64,000 nt of DNA from Podarcis melisellensis (lineage: Eukaryota): NCBI GenBank assembly GCA_964234715.1, contig OZ174276.1. The stretch is one strand, 5' to 3'. A program made the translations under genes and the position numbers. This document shows positions 24,661 through 38,448 of the stretch, one piece after another. Positions within the stretch are counted from its first letter, which is position 1. Every line of letters starts with the position of its first letter. The notes below the pieces were generated by a model. It made no database searches. It had not been told where the DNA came from and saw only the letters and a list, made by a program, of their open reading frames with translations.

Positions 24661-25661
24661 CAGTTTATTTTCCAAATAAGATTGTGGTTTAGTTTCTATT
24701 CAAGGCATTGGACTTTTGCGAAACGTTCAAGAACTTGGACCGCAGTTCTGCTTGTTTAGTTTTTTCAAGGGCCAGATCCTTTCATTCATGTCTCTCATCA
24801 ATCCTCTCACAACTGAGCTGCTGAGCTCAGGAAGTCATAAAAGACTCTCTCAAAGACGAGTTGAGTGTTTGAAGCACCTAAATTATTATCTGCTCTGATT
24901 AAAACCCAAGCAGGAAAAGAATTGCCAGCTTCCCTGGTAGACAAATGCTTCACATGGCCAAGTCTTCGTCAGCCAGGGATTGTGTGAGACACTTTGGCAG
25001 ACAGAACTAGCATTGCTTTGGCTGTCAAAGCTCCTACTGTGTTACATTGAACGGGGTTGATTTCATGATATGCATAAACCAAGTCTAAGGGTGGGGAATG
25101 GCGGGTGTGGGTGAAGGCCTTCTCCATACACAGGGATCATCCACACCCTTCCATTGCATTTGGCCTCCACAATGTCATCTCCCTGCTCTGTAGAAACTAA
25201 TTGAGCCATTCACGTCTGTGGGGGAAGGAAAAGGCTCCTAAAACTTGACTTTTTTGGGGTTCGGGGCTGTACTGTGGTGGGAAGGACTTGGGTAATTTCT
25301 GAATGAATTCAAGAGGAGCTTCGGGAAGTTTGCCCAGCTCTAGTACTAATGGTGAAGTTTTTGATCACAATGCTCATGAATTCCTGGAGACTTGTGGCTG
25401 CATTGCTAGATTGCTAGGAATGAATGTTGAAGAAATGGCTCTTTGAAGATAACAAGGGTGGTGGTGAATTAAGTGACAAATCTCTTAAAGGCATCACCAG
25501 CACTAATACATGTGTTCCTCTTAATGTGGCTTTGTCTACAATCCTAGACTCATGTATCTAGAAGTAAGTCCTATTTAGGGTCATCATGTCCCATTTTGCT
25601 GCTTGAGGCAGAACAGGAAGTGCCACCTTGACAAATATGAAAGATCAGGAAAGAGAAAGAC

Positions 25662-25990
25662 CACCCCCATCGTTCAGCTCGGACACTGAGGTCCAGCGCC
25701 AAGGGCCTTCTGGCGGTTCCCTCATTGTAAGAAGTGAGATTACAGGGAACCAGGCAGAGGGCCTTCTTGGTAGTGGCGCCTGCCCTGTGGAACGCCCTCC
25801 CATCAGATATCAAGGCAATAAGCAACTATCTTAGTTTTAAAAGACATCTGAAGGCAGCCCTGTTTAGGGAAGTTTTTAATGTTTAATGCTGTATTGTGTT
25901 TTTAATATTTGGTTGGGAGCTGCCCAGAGTGGCTGGGGAAACCCAGCCAGATGGGCGGGGTATAAATAATAAATTATTATTATTTATTAT
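25662..25990 (+). mobile_element. L2 LINE 3' end
   Basis: TRQRAFLVVAPALWNALP...FKRHLKAALFREVF, then GCCCAGAGTGGCTGGGGAAACCCAGCCAGATGGGCGGGGTATAAAT and a (TTA)n tail. Confidence 0.92.
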
Positions 25991-28900
25991 TGATGAGGAG
26001 ATGAGACGAGAGATTATTGGGTCTCAAATCAGACCTAATATAAATGAGATTACCTGGCAAAAGCAATCTCAGACCTCTCATTGAGTTTGTATACATACTT
26101 AAGGTATGTTTATAATTATATTTTGGGAATGTTTCATGTTCTTATGTTGCTGCATTGTGTCACATTTCTGGATGTCCCATGGTCATATTATATAGTAGTT
26201 GTGTTCTATGTTGCAAATCATGAGATTTCCAAGTTTCCTTTCCTTGACTGAGTGGAGGGTAGAGGCCTACCATTTGCAATAAAAGCTTGATAAAGTAGTT
26301 GAATGCATGCTGAATGGCAAGGGGTCAAGCAGGGCTCCATTTTATCTGTTGCTCTGTCACCTCTGTAGGCTTGGATGTTCAAGGCTTTTATTTACAAGAA
26401 TATAGACACTTCTTTTTCCACTTGTGCATTTTCAACATTCGTTTGTTTTCTTTGTTAGCAACAGATCATCAAGTGTGTTTAAGTCAACTGAAATAAATGG
26501 GTTGGATCCAGAGATATACTGTATCAGTGGAAGAACCTTGAAGTCATGGTGTGCTGTGGGCAAACGCACATCTTGAGATATCACAAAACACTTTTGAAAA
26601 TGTCTGTGGAATAGCAGACCTTAGGCTTCAGAGCGGGATTGAAAGGAAGTAAAGTCAAAGGAGGTTGGTTGAAAAAAAAACTGGTTAAAATGCTTAAAAT
26701 GAATAAAATAAAGTATATGATTGCAAAATATGAGCCGCTAGGAGAGGCACATAGTTGGAGTTTGGTTGTCTTTCTCATGCTAGGACTTTGCCCTAAGTAG
26801 GGAAAATCTTTTCCATTCAGAGGGCAGCTCTGGCTCCAATTTACTAGTTTTAATCTTGGTTAGCTCTGTGCTGAATTATGTTTTAGAATTTTATTTTTTA
26901 GTAGTTTTGAAGGTGTGGATGAGCCCTGTGGCTGGTTTTTTTTGGGGTAGGATCGCATACTGGCAAATTCAGGTTTCACGATTACAGCTGATGTCGTGTT
27001 TTTGTGCAACAAACCAGCTTCCACTAAAAATTTGGGAATTTCTGTGATAAGGAAAGTATCAGGGAAAAAGCACTGGGATTCAAATTGTGCTGTAAAGGCC
27101 AATTTTTACAGCTCAGGTCATTTCAAAAGTAACCATGCATAGGATTGCACTGCATGAATGCCAGTGCCTTCTTGCTCTCTTCCACATGTTGAAGTTGTAA
27201 AAGGAGAAGGAACATAGACATTGAAAAGTAAAAGTTGTACTGATGCAGCATGAGATGTTTGTTTCATTCCTTGTGCTTGTATTAGCAGATCCATTATAAA
27301 TGCCTTATAAGAAGGTTAACGTATGGATGCATTTAAGTCTAAAGCTATTATACTTCTTGATTTTTTTAAAAAAAATTATCAGCAGCCAATACTTTACAGT
27401 CTCTGCTCTTAGATTCCCACACAGTTAACCAGCAATGTGAGAACCTTTGCTTTGTTAATACTTCTACAATTAAAAGATAAATCCATATTGGTGACTAAAT
27501 GAAAGAATGGTCTGAAAATTGATGTCCTGGTGAAAAGAGAGGCTCCTGGTGCTTTATTTTTTAAACCCATGAATAAGGAGGAGTTACTTTTCGTAAAGAA
27601 GATAGGCTACTTTGAATGAGCATGTTTGTTTGTACCTTCTGTTGGTTGTTCTGATAACATGTTTATGATGGCTTGTGATTCCTTCTCTTACACCCAAGTT
27701 CACTGAAAACCCTCTACTTCCCATGAAGTTAGGATTTGACAGAGTCCTCAGATGCATTTGGCTGGGCTGAAATGAGTTTCGTTTTCCTTCCCCTCAAATA
27801 TTTCCCTGTTCTGTGGATCCATGTTGTAATCTGTGTGTTTCATATTACATTGGAAGCAGCAAATCAGACCACTGGCTCATCTAGCCCATTACTGTCTACA
27901 CTGAATGGCTGTGTTTTCAGGAGGTTGAAACTTATGCATACAAAACATGCACTCTGCCACTGAGCCACCACATGAAAGCATTTTTCTACCATGATTTTTG
28001 GGGTTTAGGGGTCATTCCAGTCTCTGCAGCTTTTCTGCAAAGGCAGGTATTCTCTGGTCTGATTCTGCAATTTATACCGCTTAGCACCCTCATGTTACAA
28101 AAAGATAAGCACATTATTTCCCGCCTTGATGGTGATAATGGTGTTTTTCATGCACAAAGCAGGACCACTTGTTTGAGATTTCACCTGGTCAGGACATTTC
28201 CCAGCATGTATTTTAGGATTCAGTCAGCTGGCAGAGCTAACCTGAGAATTACTGCCCCACCCCTAGCAGCAAATTTTAGGTTGGTTATTAGTAATGTGAG
28301 ATTGCTGCTTGCCAAGGGCAACTGCTATATGTGTGTGGTCATCTGTCAACTGTGCTTACTGGTGATTTATCATCTCTGGCTTTTCCATATCAAGATTTGA
28401 TGCAATAACACTATGCTGAATAACACATCATTGTTGTCTTAATGTGTCCTTTGTTTCCTTGTCGTGCAGAAATGTTGCGATTTTGTCGCACCACATGGCT
28501 AACTTTGTGAAGATGAGCCTTATATTGTGCAGCATTTCCTGTGGTTTTATAAATCATCAGAGCCTTTTTGTCTTAGCTGCACCATTTTAAAAAGAAATGT
28601 GTAGCTAAAATCTCTAATTTCCCCCAGGCCATCAGCTGCCACTTAATACTTTTGAGTTAGCCAACAGCTACATTAAGAAGACACAAAATGAGCTTTTCGC
28701 ATAATAGCCAGCTCTTGCATAACAAAAATGAAAAATCTGTGATCTTGTCAAACATGTCTTTGTCTGGCAGTACATAGAGCAGTACATGTCCTGTCTCTCT
28801 GTCCAACCCGCTATTTAGTGTTTTGTTTTATGAGGTTTAAACAGTAAATCAGGGGAGTGAAAATTCCTTAGGTGGCTGGCGTCGTGACAGGATAAACTTT

Positions 28901-30464
28901 TAATTGTAGGTACAAGTAATCTAATGTTAGTAGCCACAAAAGACTAGTGGGCTATTGACCAGGAGCAAAATCAAGGGCTTATCCACACTTCATTTCCCCC
29001 ACTGTTTTCCCCTAGGGAAAGCAACTCTTTAGTGCTCAATTGGAGCAAACAGCAATTCAGTTTTTCTCTGGATTGACGTTTGTGCCAATTTAGTACCAAA
29101 GAGCGGGTTTTCCCTGGGAAAGGAGTGGGGCAAGGGGAAAACCACTTAGACCCTTGCTTTCTAGACATGGGACAAGCAGAAGAGCAGACAAGCCCAGAGT
29201 TGAGCTTTGAAATATTATGATTGGGTTCTTCTATAGTCTCAAAAAGTGTTTACAGGCACAATTTAGAAGCCCATGTTTTGATTAACATTACCCCTTTGTT
29301 GCCTTACCCCAGTTATAGTGCTTCCTCTGTTGAGTTTTAAGGGGGGGGGGAGAGCATAAACCCTATTCCTTAGCAACCTCTGCCCCAGTTCAGATGTAGT
29401 ATAGATAAACCTTGACTTGTCATCTTCCCATACATTCCTCGTCCTTTCCCCGGCACCTCTTCCTTACAAGATCCTGGTTTGTAAGCAGCAGTTAAACCGT
29501 AATATCACAGACAGTATGGGTGTTAAGGGAAACTATGATTCCCCCCTCCCACAAAGTCAGATGATATGTGAGGAGGGAGTATGAGGGTATAAGGCTTGTT
29601 CTAGATCTGATTGTATTTATTGATTGTTGTCTGAAAGGGGCTTTTAGCCTAATGTAATTTATAATGTCAAGAAATAGATTGTAGAATCTTCAGACTTAGT
29701 CTAATAAGGTGAAGATTGCTTATATGTTGTAGGTTTCCATGTTTTCAATTATAGCTCTTGGTTTCTTGCAAGCAAAAACAACATTTACCCTTGCATTGAT
29801 TTAAAAGTTATCACAAAATTAATTTCAGCTACATTTTCAGAAATGCTACCCATCCAGTATTCTCAGCAGATGAGTTCATGTTTAGGGGTTGGCATAGCTC
29901 AACAGATTTTTTGGCCTTGGCAAAGTGTTACCTTGGTAGACTAAACTATGAGGGTTGCTAGTTTTCTCAAATATTGCTAATTTAAAGATAAAATTTGGTC
30001 TCAATTTTAAGCAATTACATTAAAAAGTTACTTTTCATTATTTAACTCAATCAGCCTGAAATTAATAAAATCTTTACAACCACAAAATGTGCTGATTAGG
30101 GCAAGCCAAAAGCCAGAGACTGCAAAATTAAAACAAGAAGTGCATAGTAAAGTACAATAAAGTTTCTGATATTTCACTTTAGATTTGGGTCATTCCACAT
30201 AGCTCTCATATTTAATATTCCATGTAATCTTATGTAATTACATTGAGTGGAAAAGTGTGTAATTCTCCACCCCACCCCTCGGGGCCGGGGAAGGATTTAA
30301 TCTTTTTACATTATACCATAGATTTGATTCTACGGATTTTATCCACACACTCTGGTTTTTGGCAAGTAACTCATGGACAGGCAAAGAATATCGATGTGCA
30401 TCTTTCCCTTCCCTCTCCTTTTGGTAATAATAGAAGTTAGAAGCCATTGCAAATAAATCTTCAC

Positions 30465-30749
30465 AAGAAGAAGAAGAAGAAGAAGAAGAAGAAGAAGAAG
30501 AAGAAGAAGAAGAGTTTGGATTTGATATCCTGCTTTATCACTACCCTAAGGAGTCTCAAAGCGGCTAACAATCTTCTTTTCTCTTCCTCCCCCACAACAA
30601 ACACTCTGTGAGGTGAGTGGGGCTGAGAGACTTCAGAGAAGTGTGACTAGCCCAAGGTCACCCAGCAGCTGCATGTGGAGGAGCGGGGATGCGAACCCTG
30701 TTCACCAGATTACAAGTCCACCGCTCTTAACCACTACACAACACTGGCT
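30465..30749 (-). mobile_element. tRNA-derived CORE-SINE (Squam3-like) with an expanded (TTC)n tail
   Basis: The minus strand starts AGCCAGTGTTGTGTAGTGGTTAAGAGC (A box)...GGGTTCGCATCCC (B box), contains CORE GGGTGACCTTGGGCTAGTCAC, and ends in (GAA)n at 30465-30512. Confidence 0.9.
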
Positions 30750-31055
30750 TCTTGTGCACATCTTGTGTTTGTGCTGCTGAGGAACGGGTACCGTTTGTAA
30801 TACAATGAAGAACTAAAGCAGTATTCTGTTGCAGAAACCAAATATATATATACAATTCTTTTTTCCCTTTTTCCTTTTATAAAGTAGCTGCAAATACAGT
30901 GTACAGTAGTGATGGAGACTTCCAGTTGGTAATGTGTGTGCTGATGACGGCCTCGCCGGCTAAGATTAACACTTTGTGGCTTCAGTCATTGTCTAATTCA
31001 CAAACACAAACACACCTGTTGTTATTTTGTGTCTCTTTTTGCCTTTTATATAGAC

Positions 31056-31163
31056 CAGTGTTAGGGAAGATCGGCTCCCGTGAACACAGCCAGTGGTCAG
31101 GGTCAGGGATAATGAAAGTATCATTCTAGTAATATCTGGATAGCCACAGGTTCCCTATCACTG
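31056..31163. mobile_element. Degraded hAT MITE
   Basis: CAGTGTTAGGGAAG...GTTCCCTATCACTG termini; internal similarity to 19311. Confidence 0.65.
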
Positions 31164-34099
31164 TTGGGACTTTGGAAGATGCCACCTAAGGATGGTAGAA
31201 GGATTGGCTACCCATGATATAGACAATTGGAAGCTTATCATGAAAAAGAGAGAAGACACACAGCCCAAGTTGTGATTTGGCATCGAAGCAACCACATTTT
31301 CCTTATGCTTTACTGATGTGGTCTTATGTTTCTATAGATGTTTAAGCGTTTTATAATGTTTGCACAATATGGGCTGTTGTATATGTTTTTAAAAGCAATC
31401 TGGCAGTTCTCTTTAATGCTTAAAATATTTTTTAAGTTTTCAAAAAATGCTGGCAAAAATGCTCTTGCTTAAAAAAATGCAGAGAGAAAACTATATTGAC
31501 ACCGTGTAGGGAGTGGCCCTTGACTATATGTTTAAAATACAAAAATGGTAAAAATAAATCTCCTTTCTACTTGATTGGCCGAACATGAATCATGCTTTAT
31601 AGTATGAACAAAAACGACACATTCCTACCCCATGGAGTTTCTGTTTAATTTTTTGGCATTGTGGGATGAAAAGAAGTTGACCGAGTTGAGAGGCAAGAGC
31701 TCAAATTAATGTTCTGGTGAAGGAACAACCCTTGCACATTTTTTTGAATTTTGAATAAACTCACCTTTGATTTTCATACTGTGAAGTTAAAAATGGAATA
31801 GTCCTTTGAATAGTGCCTCACTTGCAATTCAGGCTTGTATGATTTATTTATTTTTTGTATGTGTGTTTAGTACAATGAGATTTGTTATTTACGGATAGAG
31901 AAGACCAAATTCTTTTTGGGAAATCACATTGAGAAAATACAGAATATTATTATCCATATATTATGGATAATATAGTTTCTTTTAAAATCACGAAGAAGAA
32001 TGAGCTCTTGACAAATTGCTTAAGCTAACCCCGTGAAGCCAGGTTGGTGTATAAAAAAGAATCACTGTTCCAAATACCAAATACTCTTTTTCAATGAAAA
32101 GAATCACTCAGTGGGGAAGTAGGTTTGCAAAAGTGTAGAGGGAAGGGCAATGAATGAACTTCTATAGAATGAATATCAGTAGGATTCTTCATGCGGTATG
32201 AGCAAGATGTTTTAAGAAAACGAGAATCCCAGTGGGTTAGATATTATTTTATTATCATTTATTAAATTTATATACTGCCCTACATCTGAGGATCACAGGG
32301 CGGTTTACTGATAGCCTAAATAAGGAGTATGGTATTCAGTAACTGAAGTCCGGGAATAATATCACCCAAGATATGTAATATCAAGTATTGGGATTGCCCT
32401 ATGTGGTCTCTGGATTTGGGGGAATCCTCTATATGCAATGGGGTCACTTGATCTTCACCAGAGGACAGTCTGTTCCCTCGCCGTCCTGACATTATCAAGT
32501 TATCACATGTTATTTTATTAATTTGAAAAACTGAAATAATGTGGGAAAGTGTGATATAGAAACTATTGCTCACATTATCTAGCTGAATGATCACTACTCT
32601 TACTTGGCAAATAAGGACATTCAGAGGAAATATATATGTACTGTATTTGAAAATGATCAATGTGCCGTTATTAGCCTTTCCAGAAGCACAGCCAATATTC
32701 TGTTTTGTTCAAGAGCGGGCCTACCGATCTAATTTTGTTTGTATCATATAGATGCCTGGGGCAGTTTATAATGGCACCGAAGTATTCTAAATAATATCTA
32801 TTGGGAGGAACAAATGTATTGGTAATAGTTAAGTGATAGAGTCATAGGACTGGAAAGTAGTCCCTGATTTAGTAGTTAGAATACCAAGTTAGAATAAATG
32901 AGTCTTAATCTTTCTGAAATGATAACCAAACCTTATTAAAAAAATCCCCCCCAAACAAGTACAATTTTTTTTAAAAGGGCTATATTCTATTACTATTTCT
33001 TTTCTTCCTTTTTCTTTACTGTTCAGCTTAATTGAGGTTCCCTGTGTACTGCAGAGTTTCCTGCTGGGATAGGATCAGCCACAGGCAGCTCAGCAACTTC
33101 TACCTGCGAAGGCTGCTTTCTAGTAAGCAATACTGTTGCACAGATGAAGTGCAAAGATCTAATGAGACCTCCAAGGAGCCAAAGTGCCTGGCATTCTCTT
33201 CCTTTCTTTGTCCTTTCTCTGTTTCTTCTGGCACAAACATTGTTTTGCCTAGCATGCAATTAGCATTGGCCCTTCATCATATACTGCATGCAGTATTTCT
33301 CAAAACCAGCCTGTTTTTTGTAAGTGACTGGTGATATTTCTGTATTTAATTTAGCAGAATACAACACTTGCATATTAGCACTGTTTACAGATAAGCATTT
33401 ACTGTAACACATTTATCTTATTTATCTTATTATATTTGCCTCCAGGGTTCAAAGGTTGGTGCAGTTTTAGGGCTAGGCCAAAAGATGGGGTGCTTTTCAC
33501 AACAATTTTCACAAGTGAGGAAAAGCACTCCCCCCCACTTTTTAAGGAATCCACAGGATTTTGCAGCAAGTTGTATGAAGGTGCAGAGAGCAATTGATGA
33601 TCTAATTAGCTGGTTCATCCAGCAGAAAGCATTGCCTTCATTATCATTGACTTCTTTCCCCTCATTGATGTTGTATACACAATTAGATTTGTATACACAA
33701 ATCTAATTGGTTAATTGTGATGTTATCATTTCACAAGTGATCCCCGATTCTCTGGAATTACTCTAGGAAAGAGAATTACGCCATAAGCAGATATAAATGT
33801 TGCCGTAACCACCAAACAGAGAGCCAAAGTGGCAGCGAATAGCAGCCAGATAGGATTGATATAGAATTAATTTACAACTATTAATTTACAAGGCATTGTC
33901 AACTTTTCTCATAATGGGTTTACGCAAAGAAAACATTGCTGTTCTAGTTAAAGTGAACTTGGACAACAAGAGAACACTTTTATAAGGTCCATTTCCCAGA
34001 AGATCTGTTAATTGTATGATACCATCACAGATTATGTGCTTTAAAAGCACAGAAAAGCAGTACTACTTTTCAATATGTATTTCCATTTACTTTGCAGAT

Positions 34100-34420
34100 T
34101 TGGTCGTGTTAATGACCCCCTTGTTGCTTCTTCCACCTTCTGGGAAATGAAATTGTTAGCGAGGCAATGGAGGAATTTGTTGGACCTTGCAATCTTGGCA
34201 GAGTTTGAGTTCCAGCCGATATGGGGGTAGCTGAAGCCTCCCAGGACTGCTATATCTCTCTCTGAATGTTTGGTAATCTGCTCTAGGAAAAACATAATCA
34301 AAATCTTCTGTCTTTCTTGGAGGTCTATAGCAGACACCCACAACAAAGTCACTGCTGTTTCCTTCTTCTGTAGTTTTTACCCATATATTCTTAATCTGCC
34401 TTCCATGCTCCAGGTCATGA
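34100..34420 (-). mobile_element. CR1 ORF2 endonuclease fragment
   Basis: IWVK...DFVVGVCYRPP and IAVLGGFSYPHIGW...SNKFLHCLANNFISQKVEEATRG, across frameshifts. Confidence 0.88.
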
Positions 34421-36297
34421 ATCTCTTTTATAGGAGGGAATTGCAAAAGATAAGTAGAAGATGGAATTTCAGCCGGTGTATCTTGCATGACAAACTTCAA
34501 ACTTTTTGGCTCTGGTAGGTGTTTGGCCTGCTGTTCAGATAGTGTTTGGCTAGATTTGGATCTTTTTGCTTGGTCTTCTCTTTCTGTTAGTTTCTGTTCT
34601 AGTTCCTACTTGTTGATTCTTGTAAGTTTACTGTTTGTATAAACTAAAGAACACTATTGGTTCTTTTTTGTTGTTTGTATATAAACAAAATATAAACAAA
34701 ATAGGTCAACTTCAGTGCCTCTTTTGAGGTGGGAGACACACATTTTTAATAAATACATAAAAGCTTATTTGCAGTCTAAAATTGGTATGCCAAATCTCAT
34801 ATGGTGGCAATTATGGAAAAGTATTTCTTAATTAAAATACTTGTACGCCTTACCATCTTAAACAAGATCCTCCATATTTAACAAGATCCTCCAAGACAGT
34901 TAACACTACAGGACTGAACCCAAGGAACACACAGTACTTATTTGCCTAATAAAGTTGCTTGCAACTAGTTCCTCCATAGACCCAAAATGTGTATAAAGGC
35001 ACAGTCCTCAAACCACAGGCCTTATTTGCAAATCTTGCTGTTTTGTTTCTGAGCATTCATGGAATACTATCATGATAACTCACAACTTTGGGTGGTATTC
35101 AGCTGTGTTTTACTTAGAGTATACCCTTGAAATAAATGGGACTTAGCCATGATCATTAATGTCAATTCACCTACTTTGAGTAAAATTTGATTGAATCCCA
35201 CCCTGTACTTTTTTAAAAAAATGAAAGCCACAGATATCTAAAAATCTAATAATCATTTTGCAGTTCAACAATAATATGCAGTGGAGGGCTATGAGTGTAA
35301 TGAAACAACTTGGTATTTATGGTAAAGGAGAGTGAAGCAACATAAACTTTACATCCTTTTTGCACTGCAGTTAATTTTGTTCTAAAATACTAAACGACAA
35401 CAACCAAAAAGTAAAAAAGTATCACTGGGGTGACTGGAAAATGTAACATTTAAATTTCTGCTGTATATGGAATGATAGGCATATTATGGTTTTATAAAAT
35501 CTTGGGCAAAAGCAAGCATATTAACGTTCAAGGAAGTCACCAGTAATTTTGAGGAAGAGTTCATTTAGTGGCTAAAATGAAAGGGAAATAAAAATGAAAT
35601 GATGCTGCATATGTCTTGGAAATATATGTGTAAATGGGAGAGCTGGTGGATCGTTTTAGCATGTAATCATAAAACAAGTCATGAACGTCTCTATAAACAG
35701 AGAATAGTATAGATGATTAAAATCAAGCCGTTATGTGAGTACAAATTAATTTAGCAGAAACAGTTATTTAAACAGTAAAAGAGTCTCAAGTAGCTGGGAT
35801 TCTCAAGATAAGAAAAGGCATTTTTGTGATTAGCAGGATGGTGCAGAAATACCTGTTGTTGTGAGTGAAATGAAACAATTTACCAAGATAGTGTAATTGG
35901 TAATTACATGAGCACGATTTCACTGGTAATTGTGGATTTTGACTTTCAGCGTGGAATCAGTAATTTGGGTTTCATAATCCAGACTTAATTATGACAATAA
36001 CCTTTTAGAGATGAAGACAAAGCAAGTCTGTCAGAGGCTTCACAGTGAAGATAATTCCATTTCAGATTGCACCTCTAATTAAGACAAAGGCTTGAAAATG
36101 TGTCCCTGTAGTGCTTCCAACTCAGCTGTAGGGTTTTCCCTATGCTTCAGGCAAATTGTTGTTGTTTTTAATAATATCTAGTCTGTTGTATTTTTAGACT
36201 TCCTTTAAAAATAAAAAAGCAAGGGAGAAGTACCTGTGATTTTAGCAAGAGCCACCCAAAATTCTGCATACTTGGCTTCTCTTTGAAGCAGGAGGAA

Positions 36298-36460
36298 TTG
36301 TAGCTCAGTAGGAGTGCATGCAAAAAGTCCCAGGTTGAACAGGTAGCATCTCTTAGTAGAACTTTGGGAGACTCCTGCCTGAAACCCTTGGAGAGCCGCT
36401 GCCATGCAGCGGTATCAAGCTACATGGACCAATCACCTGACTTGTTATAGGGCAGCTTCC
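36298..36460 (+). mobile_element. tRNA(Ala-like)-derived SINE
   Basis: TGTAGCTCAGTAGGAG...TGCATGCAAAAAGTCCCAGGTT head followed by the shared SINE body. Confidence 0.8.
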
Positions 36461-36903
36461 TTTGCTCCTTAAGAAGTTTGTTGTCACAAGAGAACAAGCA
36501 GTGGAAATTGGGGGCTTATGGGTCCAGATCTGTGGACTCAGCCTTGCAAACAAGCCCACAAAACTTTAAAACGTTAACAGCACATTCTGCCCACAAATAC
36601 ATTGATTAGAAATTGGTGACAATTATTACCATACCCTTCCAAACTAGTGGACATTTGCAGGACTTGTGTGCTTTGTATTTTTATATTATTGCCTTCGTTC
36701 ATCTCAGAGAAATTTGGCATATTGTGAGTTATCATTGGCCTTTTGAGACCTGGCCCCATCTGTGAAATGTGAACTTTCATATATATATTTTTTACTGTGT
36801 CCATTTTTAATCTTTTGGGGGGGGTATGCAAAGAAGGTCATTGACTCTTGTATTTTTGATATTTCTGGTGAAGGTGCAGTTTAAGAACATAGTAGAAGAC
36901 CTG

Positions 36904-37262
36904 GTAAAGGTAAAGGTAAAGGGACCCCTGACCATTAGGTCCAATCATGGCCAACTCTGGGGTTGCGGCGCTCAGCTCGCTTTATTGGCTGAGGGAGCTG
37001 GCGTACAACTTCCGGGTCACGTGGCCAGCATGACTAAGCTGCTTCTGGCGAACCAGAGCAGCGCACAGAAACGCCATTTACCTTGCCGCCAGAGCGGTAC
37101 CTATTTATCTACTTGCACTTAGATGTGCTTTCAAACTGCTAGGTTGGCAGGAGCAGGGACCGAGCAACGGGAACTCACCCTGTCGTGGGGATTCGAACCG
37201 CCGACTTTCTGATCTGCAAGTCCTAGGCTCTGTCGTTTAACCCACAGTGCCATCCGTGTCCC
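36904..37262 (-). mobile_element. Sauria SINE, full length
   Basis: Minus-strand tRNA-like head GGGACACGGATGGCACTGTGGG...GGTTCGAATCCC and (ACCTTT)n tail. 10-bp TSD AGAAGACCTG at 36894-36903 and 37263-37272. It is inserted into an older CR1-like 3' end. Confidence 0.95.
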
Positions 37263-38308
37263 AGAAGACCTGTTAGGTTAGACCAAATGCCTGTCCTGTA
37301 AAGCATCATAGTTCCCATGATGGCCAGCCTGATGCCTATAGGATTCTCACAGGAAGGACATGGATATAATAGCCTTCTTCAGCCGTGTTATCCACGAATT
37401 TGTCTACCCCCCTTATAAAACCATCGCCTCATCTTGTAAAGACTCACATTATGAACTGTATGAATAAGTACTTCCTCTTGTCTATCTAGAGTCTTCTACC
37501 ACTTGGCTTCATTGTTTCTCACATTAAAAGAGGCAGAATAAATTCTCTCTTTCTCTATTTTCTCCACATCACACATACATTCTTTTATATCCTTCACTGA
37601 TGGGTTGCTCCAATCCTTTGTTAATGCTGGTGGTTGTTTTCTGAACATCCCCCCCCCCTCCGTTCAATAGGACTTCTGAGTAGACATGGTTAGGGATTGC
37701 ACTTTAAATGTGTATACTTTTTTCCCTTGTTAACTTTAAAATGGGCTGCATCATCCATTGTGTTAAAAGCTCCTGGCTCCTTTAAAATAGTTATTTAAAC
37801 AATGGCCATGTCTAAAATATATATGTCAGAGTGCAGATGTCATCTAGCTATTGAAAATACCAATTTCAAAAGAAATTGCAATGCTGTCTGTTCAAACAGG
37901 CATTAGGAGAGAAGGAAGATGGATTAGGAAAGAGGATGGGAGCACAAGAGAGATTTATCCAAGCATATTGAACTCTGGGTCTCTATGGGCAAAAGTACCC
38001 AGAAGTAACATGTAAACCTCAGTTCTGCCACTACTACTATTTGTAAAAAGAAAGAAAAAAAATGAAAGAAAAAAAGACAGATAATGTTCTCCCTCAAGGA
38101 CAGTGCCAGAATAATAGCTGGACAATAATGTTATAGGATAAATCCCATGGAGGATTGAAGAGGTTTTGTCTTGACAGTTCTGTAATAACATGTCTGGACA
38201 AAACAGAAACCTTCAGCAGTGAAGAGTTCCTGTGGATTCCAGGCTGCATCAATAAGACTAAACAAATTTACAGGGTGGTGGTGGTTTTGGCCTGGGGCGC
38301 TTCCATAG

Positions 38309-38448
38309 CATAGATTAATGGAGTTGTAGAATTGGAAGGGAACATGTGGATCATCTAGTCCACCCCTGCAATTCAGGAATATTTTGCCCAACTTAGAGCT
38401 CACCCACACCCCTGAGATTAAGAGTCTCATGCTCTACCAACTGAGCTA
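38309..38448 (-). mobile_element. tRNA-Lys(CTT)-headed SINE/chimera with CR1 3' tail
   Basis: Minus strand TAGCTCAGTTGGTAGAGCATGAGACTCTTAATCTCAGGG followed by TTGCAGGGGTGGACTAGATG...CCCTTCCAATTCTAC. Confidence 0.85.

Noticed and set aside
27972-28400. 142-aa plus-strand ORF
   Set aside because: No recognisable homology or exon structure; starts beside a SINE remnant.
32316-32660. 114-aa minus-strand ORF
   Set aside because: No recognisable domain or splice context; compatible with chance.
38386-38448. Functional tRNA-Lys gene (likewise tRNA-Asn at 45632-45704)
   Set aside because: Acceptor stems and arms are degraded and the sequences are fused to a CR1 tail, so they are retroposon heads.
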